A stretch of DNA of 64,000 nucleotides. Source: the human T2T-CHM13v2.0 reference genome, Homo sapiens. Every line of letters begins with the position of its first letter. Within the stretch, counting starts at the first letter, position 1. Location of the stretch: the NCBI RefSeq assembly GCF_009914755.1, contig NC_060931.1. The stretch is one strand, 5' to 3'. A model generated the notes under the pieces. The model had not been told where the DNA came from and made no database searches. It saw nothing but the letters and a program-made list of their open reading frames with translations. Positions 51,929-64,000 of this stretch are shown here, piece after piece. Both the position numbers and the translations under genes were made by a program.

Positions 51929-54366
51929 AGAGGAAGATTTCTTATGCTGCTTTTAAAACAAAAGTAGCCACAAGAGTTAACATTTCTAGTTTTAACTCTC
52001 AAAAATAAAGTCCTTGTGGATTTTATGATCTCATTTCAGCAAATGTCACTGCAAAGTGGAGATGCTATCATCCCTTAGCAGTGTGCATCTGCCTTGGGCC
52101 GCTGGGGCCAGCCGCTGGCTGCTCTGCAAGGAAGGGTCCCTGTAAGCAGGACAGTGGCCTTCCAGGGCTGAGGCTGGAGAAAGGTGCTTTGCCTCGGATG
52201 GGCACCCTTTCTTTTAGCTCTGATTCTGCCCCGTGCCGTGTGCCTCTGAGTGTTGCCTTCCCTTCTGAAGCTCAGGCACATCCTCTCCTCTGCTGCCAGC
52301 TCCCTGGTGCCAGTTCCCTCCTGCTTCCATTCCCTGCCTTCCAGGCGGGGTGCCACCCTGTGTCCCCTTACGATTATCTCTCTGCTTGTGCAAGCATCAC
52401 CATCTGCCCACGACCCTTCAGCCAGGACCTGCAGCACTCAGAGCTGGCCACAGAGACTCGTTCCTTCCACAGGGACTGTCCAGATCATCCTAAAGGTTGG
52501 GCAGTGGTGTGAGTGGCTCTCGGCCATTCAGGAGTACCTGCAGGTGGCAGAAGGTACTCCAGAGTTGGACGGAGGGGCCGTCCCAGGGCTCTCGGTGAGA
52601 CTGAGAAGGTTCATGAGCTCCGTGTTCCTGTCTGAGATGACCAGAACCAGGGCAGGCCTCATGTGTGCCCCAACTTCCGTAAAACCACACATGCATAGTC
52701 ACAAGCGGCTCCCTGCTTTATGCATTCTAAAGCAATTCAGCATTCCACATGAAAACGCAGCCGTGACGGCACTGTGTGATTGATAATGCTCTCCGTGAGA
52801 CTTACGGGTCCATAAACCAAAGAATGGCTATAATCACCCACAGGTCCATCATTTCTTTATCCTTTACATCAAACATGAGATGGTCATAGTCACAATTCAA
52901 TAACAAGCCACGTATGGCTCCATGAAAGCCACCAGTGAGAGCTGAACGTGCTCTCCCAGCTACTCTTCTCTACTAGAGCCTGCACCCCACCGACTTTGAA
53001 AAGAGATAACTGTCACCTGGGAACCGACACTCCTGCTGGGGAGGGGAAGCCACCTGGGGCTGGAGACTACAGTCTGGACCCTCAGGCGGCAGAGGAGCGA
53101 GCCGAGAGAGACAACTGTGGCTTCTGCCTCTCCCAGTGGGAGTGAGGCCCCTGGTCAGAGGGCCTGGGTCGGGGGCTGTGCTGCCCATGGCTGGGTGGGA
53201 TTTTAATCTAGGCTCTCACAGGTGGTCACACAGAGCGGCCCTGCTGACTCCCATCAGGGGAGATGGAGGCCATACGTGCCACAGATCAATACGATGCCCT
53301 TCCATGCACAGCTCTGGACAAAAGCTCCTCCTGGGCATAGTGTCTGAAATGAGCTGCTTACTTTTATTTCCAAGAAAATGACAAAGACGATTTTGACCCC
53401 TGACAATTCTTTCAGTCCTGGTCCTCCTGCGGGTAGCTGAGAGCCTAAGTGAGGTGTGTGGGACAGAATGAGGTGCTGGGAAATTACTGGCAGTGGACAT
53501 TTACCACTGGGTTACTCGGACATCTAGAGCACGAAGTGAGTGACACAGAGGCCGGGGACCCTCCTTCCCTCCCAAGTGGGCACCCCTCTGAGAAATTCCC
53601 TGCGAGCCCCCCAGCTCTGTCTTCTATGGGGACTTCGACCTCGCTCCACGTTGTGCAGCCACATGGCCCACAGGAATGGGCGGTCCTGCTACATGGGAAG
53701 GAGCTTAGGGTTTAACACGCCTGCTCCAGGAGCTGCGCCACACACCCGCCTTCAGATTCAGCCCGGCGTGCCTGGGCTTCTGAAGTCCCAGAGCACTCAG
53801 CCCGGCCCATCCACGGATGGCTGGGACAGAGATTTACACATACAAGTCGGATATTCTGGGGAGCTGGAATTCAAGGATGGACAATGAAAGCCCAGAGACA
53901 GAATCCTCATCAGTGAGCAGACAAGGCTCTGGCAGGGATGTTTTGGGGGAGCAGTGGTTCCTTACAACGTGAGCCTGAAGGAGTTTCCCTCACTTAGCCC
54001 TCAGCTGGGGGCAAACCGTGGATGCTGGAGAGAGGAGCGTGAGGCATACAGAGGCCCAGGTGGCTCTGTGGGGGTCGGACGCATGGGTGTGTCCCCACCA
54101 CCCACAGAAGGGTGCTCGCCTGAGACACAGGGTCGGCCGTGAGGACACAGTTTCAGGAAGCATCCACACAAGGGGAACCCACAGGGCACTTGGGTTATAC
54201 GAACCTAACAAAGAGCTAAAATCTGAGCTCTCTCCCTCCTGCGTCCATTCGATCCCCTTGGACGAGGCTTTCTGGAACGTCCAGAATAAAGAGAATCCTC
54301 ATTTCTCAGCACACGGACTTCTGATGTGAGAAGACAGTGACTGTGTGCTCATTAAAACTCACTCTT

Positions 54367-54500
54367 GGCCAGGTGTGGTGGCTCATGTCTGTAATCTCAG
54401 CACTTTGGGAGGCCGAGGCGGGAGGATTACTTGGGCCTAGAGTTTCAGACCAGGTGGCCAACACAGTGAGACCCCATCTCTACAAACAATAAAAAAATCA
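54367..54500 (+). mobile_element. Alu left monomer / FLAM
   Basis: ggccaggtgtggtggctcatg...gagaccccatctctaca plus A-rich end. Confidence 0.85.
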
Positions 54501-54810
54501 CCCAAGCTGCCTAACCGCCCCCACCCCCCCGCCCCGTGGCACAGGATGTTTCCCAGGGCAGAGAGTGACATGGCTGCGGGGTCCCGCTGCAGAAGAACCC
54601 TGTGCAGTGAGGGCCACAGGCCTGGGACCCCAAGCCGCTCAGGACCGTGCACAGCTCCCAGATGTCCCCTGGGGGGACATCTCTTCCGGAGGATCTTTAG
54701 GGTCCCTTTCAGCCCTGCCATCTGTACGCCCACCATGGACTGGTGCCTACTGCCTGCCGCCTGGGCACAGGTGCCCTTGCGCCTGGCCCTCAGCCCGCCC
54801 ATGTGCAGGA

Positions 54811-55489
54811 GGGGTTCCGGGGCAGCCGGGTTACACGCGAGAGCCCCACGCGCCGGAGGTTCCGGGGCAGCCGGGTTACACGCGAGAGCCCCACGCGCCG
54901 GAGGTTCCGGGGCAGCCGGGTTACACGCGAGAGCCCCACGCGCCGGAGGTTCCGGGGCAGCCGGGTTACACGCGAGAGCCCCACGCGCCGGAGGTTCCGG
55001 GGCAGCCGGGTTACACGCGAGAGCCCCACGCGCCGGAGGTTCCGGGGCAGCCGGGTTACACGCGAGAGCCCCACGCGCCGGAGGTTCCGGGGCAGCCGGG
55101 TTACACGCGAGAGCCCCACGCGCCGGAGGTTCCGGGGCAGCCCGGTTACACGCGAGAGCCCCACGCGCCGGAGGTTCCGGGGCAGCCGGGTTACACGCGA
55201 GAGCCCCACGCGCCGGAGGTTCCGGGGCAGCCGGGTTACACGCGAGAGCCCCACGCGCCGGAGGTTCCGGGGCAGCCGGGTTACACGCAGAGCCCCACGC
55301 GCCGGAGGTTCCGGGGCAGCCGGGTTACACGCGAGAGCCCCACGCGCCGGAGGTTCCGGGGCAGCCGGGTTACACGCGAGAGCCCCACGCGCCAGAGGTT
55401 CCGGGGCAGCCGGGTTACACGCGAGAGCCCCACGCGCCGGAGGTTCCGGGGCAGCCGGGTTACACGCGAGAGCCCCACGCGCCGGAGGT
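54811..55489. repeat. 45-bp CpG-rich minisatellite, 15 near-identical copies
   Basis: Unit gaggttccggggcagccgggttacacgcgagagccccacgcgccg; one unit has a 1-bp deletion (about 55288). Confidence 0.98.
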
Positions 55490-55965
55490 CCGGTTTGTGC
55501 ACCTGCACACGGGTCCTGTCTGTGCTCCCCTGCAGCCCGGGGGAGTCCTGGCCCTTCACCACGTGGGAGGCTGTCCTGGGACCTGAGGACTCCGCCCACA
55601 CTCCATGCCCTCCTTCCCTTCCTCAGGCCCACCTGACCCCGGCAGACCTCCTGCTCTCCTCTTTGTCTTCTGGCCTTGCAGGCAGCTGTCTAATGCAGGG
55701 CCTAGGCCTGAGGACAAGCCCCCGGGGTGGCCAAGCTGGCTGCATCCCTGGGACCCTGGTCTCCGTCACTGGGACGCAGCAGTTCTGCCGGGTTAACCTC
55801 AGGGGGCATATGTGTCTCTCCCATGGCCGTCATTTTCTACCGACTTTGTTATTTCAGCATTCATTTAGTGCATATATTCCTTTTAAGAGGTGTCTAAATC
55901 CTTCGTGGGCCACAACAGGGTAGACATCAGGGGCTGTAGCCTCCAGTGTCTGGGGGGCCATGCAG

Positions 55966-56166
55966 GCCACATGAGTGGGGGGAGGGGCTGCGTGGTGGAA
56001 GGGGGGCCGGGCAGCTGGGGGCACCATGAGTGGGGGGAGGGGCTGCGTGGTGGAAGGGGGGCCGGGCAGGCCACATGAGTGGGGGGAGGGGCTGCGTGGT
56101 GGAAGGGGGGCCGGGCAGCTGGGGGCACCATGAGTGGGGGGAGGGGCTGCGTCGTGGAAGGGGGGC
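55966..56166 (+). repeat. G-rich tandem repeat, about 4 copies (G4 potential)
   Basis: catgagtggggggaggggctgcgtggtggaaggggggc repeated. Confidence 0.9.
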
Positions 56167-56334
56167 TGGGTGGCTGGGGGCGGCCAGTCCTACCCCAAGG
56201 GGAGAGCACACAGGTACTGCTGGCTGGGAATGCGGGTCTGGGGTTGCTCAGATCTTTGATTAAGAAAATAGAAATCAGGCATTTGTATTATTTATGTAAA
56301 ATTTCTCAATTTTGAAAACCCTCATTGAGCTCTT

Positions 56335-57068
<734 letters not shown>

Positions 57069-58699
57069 GGGCCACACAGAACGTGGCTGTGGGCGGGATT
57101 GTTCTGGGTGAGCCATGCGCATCCCCTGCTATCAGCAACACAGTGGACTCACACTGGCTCTAAAACCCCTGAGGTCGTTTCCATCTGATGGTCGCACTTG
57201 GGCAGGGCTCTTCTGGTGCCAGCGGGAGACCTTACTCAGACCCTCATCTCCATCCACCCCTCCTCCTCCTAGCACTGCATGGTCCAAAAGTTTACTCAAC
57301 CCAATGACGCATCTTTAATTCTATTATTGACAACATCGTGGAATATAACAGAATTGAGGAATAGCCCCACGGCACGTTTCTAGAGAACCCCTTTGCACTT
57401 AATCTATTTTCTCCTCATTAAGTAATTATTTAATTAATAGCCTGTAAGAATAGTGTACGTAGGTAGAAATTTATCTAACGGCATGATCGTTCCAAGTCTC
57501 TATCTTTTCTTTTGGATACTTTGTAAAAAAAAAAATCATTAAAATCTATACTTGTGATGTCAACAGCCGTTCCTCCATCTCTCAGCAAGAAATGCCATCA
57601 GCAAAGAGACGGTGTGACGCCCGGCTCCCTCCCCGTCACTGATACGGCCTAGGATCTCACCAGGGACCAAGGCAAGCACACTGGTCTGCGGTTCCCACAA
57701 TCTACCTGTAACCCTTTCTGAATGTTTGTCCAACTCTCTTATTCCGGCGTCTTTCCCAACTCTGCCAATCCCTCAGACATTCCCGACAGCTGTGGCCAGA
57801 TCCAGCTTTGCTACGGACACGGAGCCACAGAACTGGTCTGGACATGGAGCCACAGAACTGGTGAGAGCCCCACGAAGCAGCTCTCGTGGGCTGTGCCCTC
57901 CAGCCCTCACATGGCACACACCTGCTGCTCTGCAGAGCACGCCTCGCTCCCCTTCACGAAGGAGCGGAAATACAATGGCAGCCGCGAAGCTCTGGCTACT
58001 AAGATGCATTATCTGCTCCAAGCTTTCAATTGAGTGATTATGTCTTAAAAGAATCACATAAATGATACAGCTCCACATTTTGAGGTGTGTAAAGCCACGA
58101 AGGCATCGTCTTCTATATCTTATTCTTGCTGACTATATGACGATGACATTCTTAGGTGAGCTCACTACCTCATGGCATCAACTCTGCAGAGACGTCTCAC
58201 AGGTCACGTTAGAAGGCTATGAAAAATTAAAACACATAAAAAACAATGTTTAAACCTGTGTGCATCACTGAGTTTGACAGACACAGTGTATGGATGCCAG
58301 ATTAGTTCGTTTTACTGTCAGTATAGTACAGTCCGTTAAACTGCGCATCTTTGATGAGTTACTACCTGTGGGGTGGCACCTGACCCAGGCCAGGACAGTC
58401 TGAGTGGTCCTTCCTTTCGCCCTGTGCAGGGCTGGGCTTGCGACCTCAGTCTTTCCCGGCAGCTCTGCTTGGCAGAATTGAGGGATGTCTCCATTTTATC
58501 CAGGGCGAGCTACTATAGGAATAACAATGGAGGCTTAAGATCTGTAGAAAAATCTATGAGTTTAGGAATTGTGATTCCTGATTTTTATTGAGTAAAATGC
58601 TCACCCTAATTTCTTCAACAGAAAATCAATATTCCAAACCCTCCAGAAATCTGGTATTTGCAGGAATCCCGACACTCACTAACAGAGGTGGCACAAAAG

Positions 58700-59135
58700 G
58701 CCCTGAAGTCAGGGATCCCTGGGGAACGATGCCCAGTCCGACGTGCTTCTCCTGAGCCGATTTTGGGTTTCCCGTTTTCTAAAGCCAGCTCCCCAGGGAA
58801 CGGCGCCCAGTCCGACATGCTTCTGAAAGGATTCTAGGTCTCCCGCTTTCTGAAGCCAACTCCCTGGGGAACGGCACTGAGCTTGAGGCGCTTCTCCTGA
58901 GCAGATTCTAGGTCTCCCGCTTTCTGAGGCCATTTCCCCAGGGAATGGCTCCAAGCCCGATCACTTCTCCTGAATGTATTCTGGGTCTCCCGCTTTCCGA
59001 GGCCAGCTCCCCAGGGAACGGCGCCCAGCCCCATGTGCTTTTCCTGAATGGATTCTCCGTCTCCTGCTTTTGGAGGCCAGCTTCCTGGGGAAGAGCTCTG
59101 AGCCCGACGCGCTTGTCCTGCTTTCTGAGCACTTG
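58700..59135. repeat. Diverged about 80-bp tandem repeat, about 5 copies
   Basis: Recurring ggtctcccgctttctgaggccagctccccagggaacggcgcccag motif. Confidence 0.85.
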
Positions 59136-60280
59136 AATCTGGTGGCTTCTGTGTCATCTTCACTCTGAATGAGTGAAATGTGTGCTTAAAATGGCCTTGA
59201 GAAAAGCACCCCCTGCAGGGTGGGAGAGAAATACCGACAGGTGGGGAGGGCTGGAGGCGGGAGTCCAGGCCGTGCGCCCAAGAGGAGGGTCGTGGTGGGA
59301 ATGAATGAGGCCCAGGGAGTGTTGGGAGACAGGCCGGCGGCCGCGGGAAACCCCTCAGCAACCTACCAGCACAGATGCAAGGACACTGGGGTGCCAGTCC
59401 CCCCGCTACCATAAAGGAAGAAGAGGAAAACAGAATGAGGCAAAGTGATAGGGGATGAAGGGCATGAGGAGGCTGCTGTGTGCTCGCAGAGGAGGGGAGG
59501 CCCCCGGTTCTGCTTGGCGCTGGCTACTCTTCTTGGTTGTTGTTTTCTAAGTGCTGTTGACTGCTGGCTGGACCTCAGTGAATGACCCTTCTGCTAAAGC
59601 TGCCAGGCACTGCGCTGGTGTAAGCTGATCATAGCTCCATCATCCCAAATCTAAACCACTCCAGAAACAGGCCGGCCCCTGCTGCAACAGCAAGTTGATC
59701 TGTGACTTTGGGCAAATCCACTCAGCGCCAGACTGCCAAGAGAAAACGGCGGTCTCCGCCGTCCAAGCAGCACATCGTGGAGGGCCTACACACCCCGATG
59801 TTCTGGGGGAGCACTTACATCTTCAGCAATGCCTGTCAAGATGGAGACAGACTCCTGTGCTGAGGTTGCAGGGTTGCACTCTGAAAAGACACCCAGGGCA
59901 GCACTCCAGGCAGGCTGCATGCTCCGGGGAGACACAGATGGCAAGGAGCAGGGCAGCGGGCGGCCTGGAGGTACAGCTACACCAGCTCTGGGGTTCCACG
60001 CTCTGATCTGACTTAGCTGTTTTCCACCCTAACCCCATGTGAGACAGCCACTGCCCCAAAACTAGGGATGGGAACCAAAACCTTTGAGAAGCCCACGTGG
60101 GACATGGGATGGCCTGTGACCCATCAGCTCCCGGGCCATCCCTTTGGGTTCAGCCACAGGCTGGGGGTGGGAGGTGGTGCCAGGACACTGTGGGCATCGC
60201 CTTGGGCTGAAAAAGGGGGCTGTGAGGAACTCATACACCTGAGTCCTCGTCCTAAGAAGTCGCAGTTGTTGGGTGGGCCA

Positions 60281-61148
60281 TGGCCACGAAGACTCTGCGG
60301 GAACACTGCCTGGTCACACAGACTCTGCAGGAACACTGCCTGGCCACGTAGACTCTGCAGGAACACTGCCTGGCCACATAGACTCTGCAGGAACACTGCC
60401 TGGTCACACAGACTCTGCAGGAACACTGCCTGGCCACACAGACTCTGCAGGAACACTGCCTGGCCACGTAGACTCTGCAGGAACACTGCCTGGCCACGTA
60501 GACTCTGCAGGAACACTGCCTGGCCACGTAGACTCTGCGGGAACACTGCCTGGTCACACAGACTCTGCAGGAACACTGCCTGGCCACGTAGACTCTGCAG
60601 GAACACTGCCTGGCCACGTAGACTCTGCGGGAACACTGCCTGGTCACACAGACTCTGCAGGAACACTGCCTGGCCACGTAGACTCTGAGGGAACACTGCC
60701 TGGCCACGTAGACTCTGCGGGAACACTGCCTGGTCACACAGACTCTGCGGGAACACTGCCTGGCCACGTAGACTCTGCGGGAACACTGCCTGGTCACACA
60801 GACTCTGCGGGAACACTGCCTGGCCACGTAGACTCTGCAGGAACACTGCCTGGCCACGTAGACTCTGCGGGAACACTGCCTGGCCACGTAGACTCTGCGG
60901 GAACACTGCCTGGCCACGTAGACTCTGCGGGAACACTGCCTGGCCACGTAGACTCTGCGGGAACACTGCCTGGCCACGTAGACTCTGCGGGAACACTGCC
61001 TGGCCACGTAGACTCTGAGGGAACACTGCCTGGCCACGTAGACTCTGCGGGAACACTGCCTGGCCACGTAGACTCTGCGGGAACACTGCCTGGCCACGTA
61101 GACTCTGCAGGAACACTGCCTGGCCACTTAGACTCTGCAGGAACACTG
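60281..61148. repeat. 30-bp minisatellite, about 29 copies
   Basis: Unit tggccacgtagactctgc(a/g)ggaacactgcc. Confidence 0.98.
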
Positions 61149-62552
61149 CTGTTACCTCTCACTGCACGGGGACTCACAGACACAAAGATGGTCATTCACA
61201 GCATCACCAAAATCGATCCACGAGGCTTTGAGAAAATGCATCTCTAAAAAAAGCACATTTGGTGGGTCCAACAAGCCTCACTTATTCACGGTCCTGAACT
61301 CAGTGCATGGAGGCAAGAGGCATGTCGGTGACCCAGTGAGGGAACAACTGCACATCTGGGGCAACAGCCTGATGGTGCCGTGGGAGCCACGGGTGGGTAT
61401 CCTGCAAACATCAGCTTGGACACTCAGCACCTGCATGGGACATGCATCGCCACAAGGTCACAGGTGGGCACCTGGGTGCTGCAGGGTCAGCTGACTTAGT
61501 CAAAGGCTAAGCCTGCAGTGAGTGTCCGAGCCTGCAATTGACCGCGGAAGCCAGTGCCCTCCCTAGTTGGCAACGTTGTTCAGCTGAGCTACAGAGAAAG
61601 AGCTCGGAGGTCTATGGACTCCTTCATGGAAATCGCTCCCTTGCGTCTCCTCATGTGGACACAGCTCCACGCCTCACCTCTCAGGCCAGGCAGCGGCCAA
61701 CCCAGCCTCTTCACCAGGTATGGGCACCGGCTGCTCCTTGCTGCAGGACCGCTGGCTGGGGTGGCCGGGGCACGCAGCAGGCACATCCCGACCTGCGGGC
61801 CAGCACCTGCGCCCCATCCCTGTTACACCTGTTCTGAAGCCTTCAAGAGCAAAGACTGATGTTCATCATGGCCAAAGCAGCTGGGCTCTTTACTACGGAA
61901 GGAGATTAATTGCTACCCCGCGTACCTTTCAGAGGTTTATATGAAGCCATTTTTCGGTATTTCTCTAAGTGACTGAAACATGCGCAGCCATTTCATGTAT
62001 TTCTACGCGTGTGGGCAGGCGGCCAGGGCCCTGGGCCACATTCCCCAGAAAGCCACGTCTCCACTCTGGGGAGGGGAATGCTTCGTTTTTCTGTGAGTGG
62101 TGAGGTCTCTCTTTTAACCTGTTATAAATTACCTTTTGTAATCTCTCCTAAACCATTATATAGAGGAGGGAGGGGAGACAAAGAATAAATACATCTGTAA
62201 TAAATGTGGGATTTGGGAAAGATGATAAGATCAGAACAATTTGAATGAACGTGGCAAATGAATTTAGAGTTTTTGAACTATCAGCTATTTCTGCAAATAA
62301 TGACTTGTAGAAGGAGAGGCTATTTTTAAAACAATTCATGTTCTCTGCTTTCATGTGAAGGAAATAAAACAAGGCACTCATGAATGAGCTCTTCAAGCAC
62401 GGACTTTCCTGGAGCTCACAGGAAGGGGCCAGCACAGGTCAGGCTGGAGGCACAGTCTGATTCTACGGTGGCTTCACAGGGCGTGTTTGGAGAGCGCCTT
62501 CCTCCTCCCAACCCTGCAGTCCCCGGCCTGGCTCCAGGTCTGCCCCGCAGCC

Positions 62553-62849
62553 CTGAGGTGAGTCTCAGCATGTCCAGGCGTCTGAGGTGACACTGCAGCC
62601 TCTCTCCGTGGCCCTGTGGTGAGTCTCAGCATGTCCAGGCATCTGAGGTGACACTGCAGCCTCTCTCGGTGGCCCCGTGGTGAGTCTCAGCATGTCCAGG
62701 CATCCGCGGTGACACTGCAGCCACTCTCCATGGCCCCAGGGTGAGTCTCAGCACGTCCAGGCGTCCGCGGTGACACTGCAGCCACTCTCCATGGCCCCGG
62801 GGTGAGTCTCAGCACGTCCAGGCGTCCGCGGTGACACTGCAGCCACTCT
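62553..62849. repeat. 61-bp minisatellite, about 5 copies
   Basis: Unit ggtgagtctcagcatgtccaggcgtctgaggtgacactgcagcctctctccgtggccctgt. Confidence 0.95.
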
Positions 62850-64000
62850 TGGTTTCTCAGCTGCCGCAATCGGTCCTTCCAGTGTCCGACCTCTGGGGCC
62901 CTCAGACCCCCAAACCCACCTTGTCGCTGTGGCCTCTCCGCCTCCTGCAGGTGGCAGCGCTACTGTAGCCTGCCATGCCCCACCCCTTGCCTCCATCCCC
63001 ACACATTGCCCTGTTTCTTGGGCAGCCATCTTCTGGACCTCTCCCTCCTGCAGGCGTCTCTGGCCCTGGGGGCTCCAGGAGGGGGTCTCCCCAGGAGCGT
63101 GTTCCCCAGTGCATGGCCCCTGTCCTCCAACACCTGCTCAGGCCTGCAGCCAAACCCACATCTCCCATTCCTGCCTCTCCTGAGCAGGAAGCCCCATGAG
63201 AGGGTCCCTTTACAATTCGTCCAGGCTGGCCCTGGGCCCTGTGTGGCCGCAGGTGGTCACGGAAGCCCCACCTGAGCTTCCAGGCCCCTCGTGCCAGGAC
63301 TTCTGAAGGTTGTGCCTGACTCACGTCTCCATTCTCGACCCATTAAAGGGGGAGCGGAGATCGTGCTTCCCAAGGGACCCTGAGGCCTTCTCTCTAGGTC
63401 TGAGAAGTGGGAAGTCCCCCATTGGGAGTGGAAGGCCAAGGCCACAGCACTGCCGTCATGCGCTCCAGAGAAAGGTCACCTGCCACCCTTCTGTGTGCTT
63501 ACATGTCTGTCAGGACAGCCCGGCTCCGGCCATGCCCTTTGCACATCCCGGCCTCCTGGGAACGCGGAGAACTTCGTGCCTGCTGTCCAGTTCTTGGCAT
63601 CCGGGAGCTCCAGCTGGCATGAAGGCAGAAAGAATAACAGCCAGTGGCAGTGGAAGGCATGAGCGCCCCCGGAGAGCAGGGCCAGACCATCAGCAGGGCC
63701 CCTCCAAGAGGAGCTCTGTATGCCGGGGGAGTGGGCTCGGCCCGCGGGACAAGGCTGAAAGAGCTCCCCAGACCCCTCTCTGAAGACAGCCTCTGCAATC
63801 TCCGGCCTTCCCGCAGTTGCCCGCGTACTTTCTTCATTCCTCAAAGGTCTCATTAATTTACAGTCTAAGTGGACCAAGAGAGATGTTACATATGTTACCA
63901 GGAAGCTAGCATGTTCATTAATTAATTTCTGTCTAGTCATCCAATATTTATTGAGTCCTTAAGTCTGAGGCATTATAATAGTTACTGCTGTGGGGTCATA

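Noticed and set aside
54546-55923. ORFs through the 45-bp VNTR (likewise the 60-bp and 30-bp arrays)
   Set aside because: Unit lengths divisible by 3 leave several frames open; a frameshifting 1-bp deletion is tolerated in the 45-bp array
60281-61148. CRISPR-like appearance of regular 30-39 bp repeats
   Set aside because: Head-to-tail repeats without unique spacers, eukaryotic context and no cas genes

Overview
Human-type (primate) genomic DNA inside the PTPRN2 (phogrin/IA-2beta) gene, which runs on the minus strand. Two coding exons are present: the transmembrane/juxtamembrane exon (26766-26978) and the next cytoplasmic exon (315-509). These are probably exons 13 and 14 (numbering from memory). 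The rest is intron: 510-26765, plus the 3' part of a very large upstream intron from 26979 to beyond the window end. That upstream intron holds a roughly 10 kb split CpG island (about 28.2-30.3 kb and 32.5-38.1 kb). The island shows a minus-strand core-promoter layout (CCAAT, two RFX X-box-like motifs, TATA) followed by a good splice donor and a second candidate exon. Together these could splice in frame into the transmembrane exon, giving a PTPRN2 isoform without signal peptide or luminal domain, or out of frame, giving a short ORF or non-coding host transcript. This model is inferred from motifs only. The window also has about ten minisatellites (units of 30, 39, 45, 49, 60, 61, 65 and about 80 bp, plus a 1.3 kb CA-rich array), several seeded at MIR remnants. 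Alu, L1 3' end, MIR and MaLR LTR elements are present. The long ORFs in the track come from repeats or high GC content and are not considered coding.
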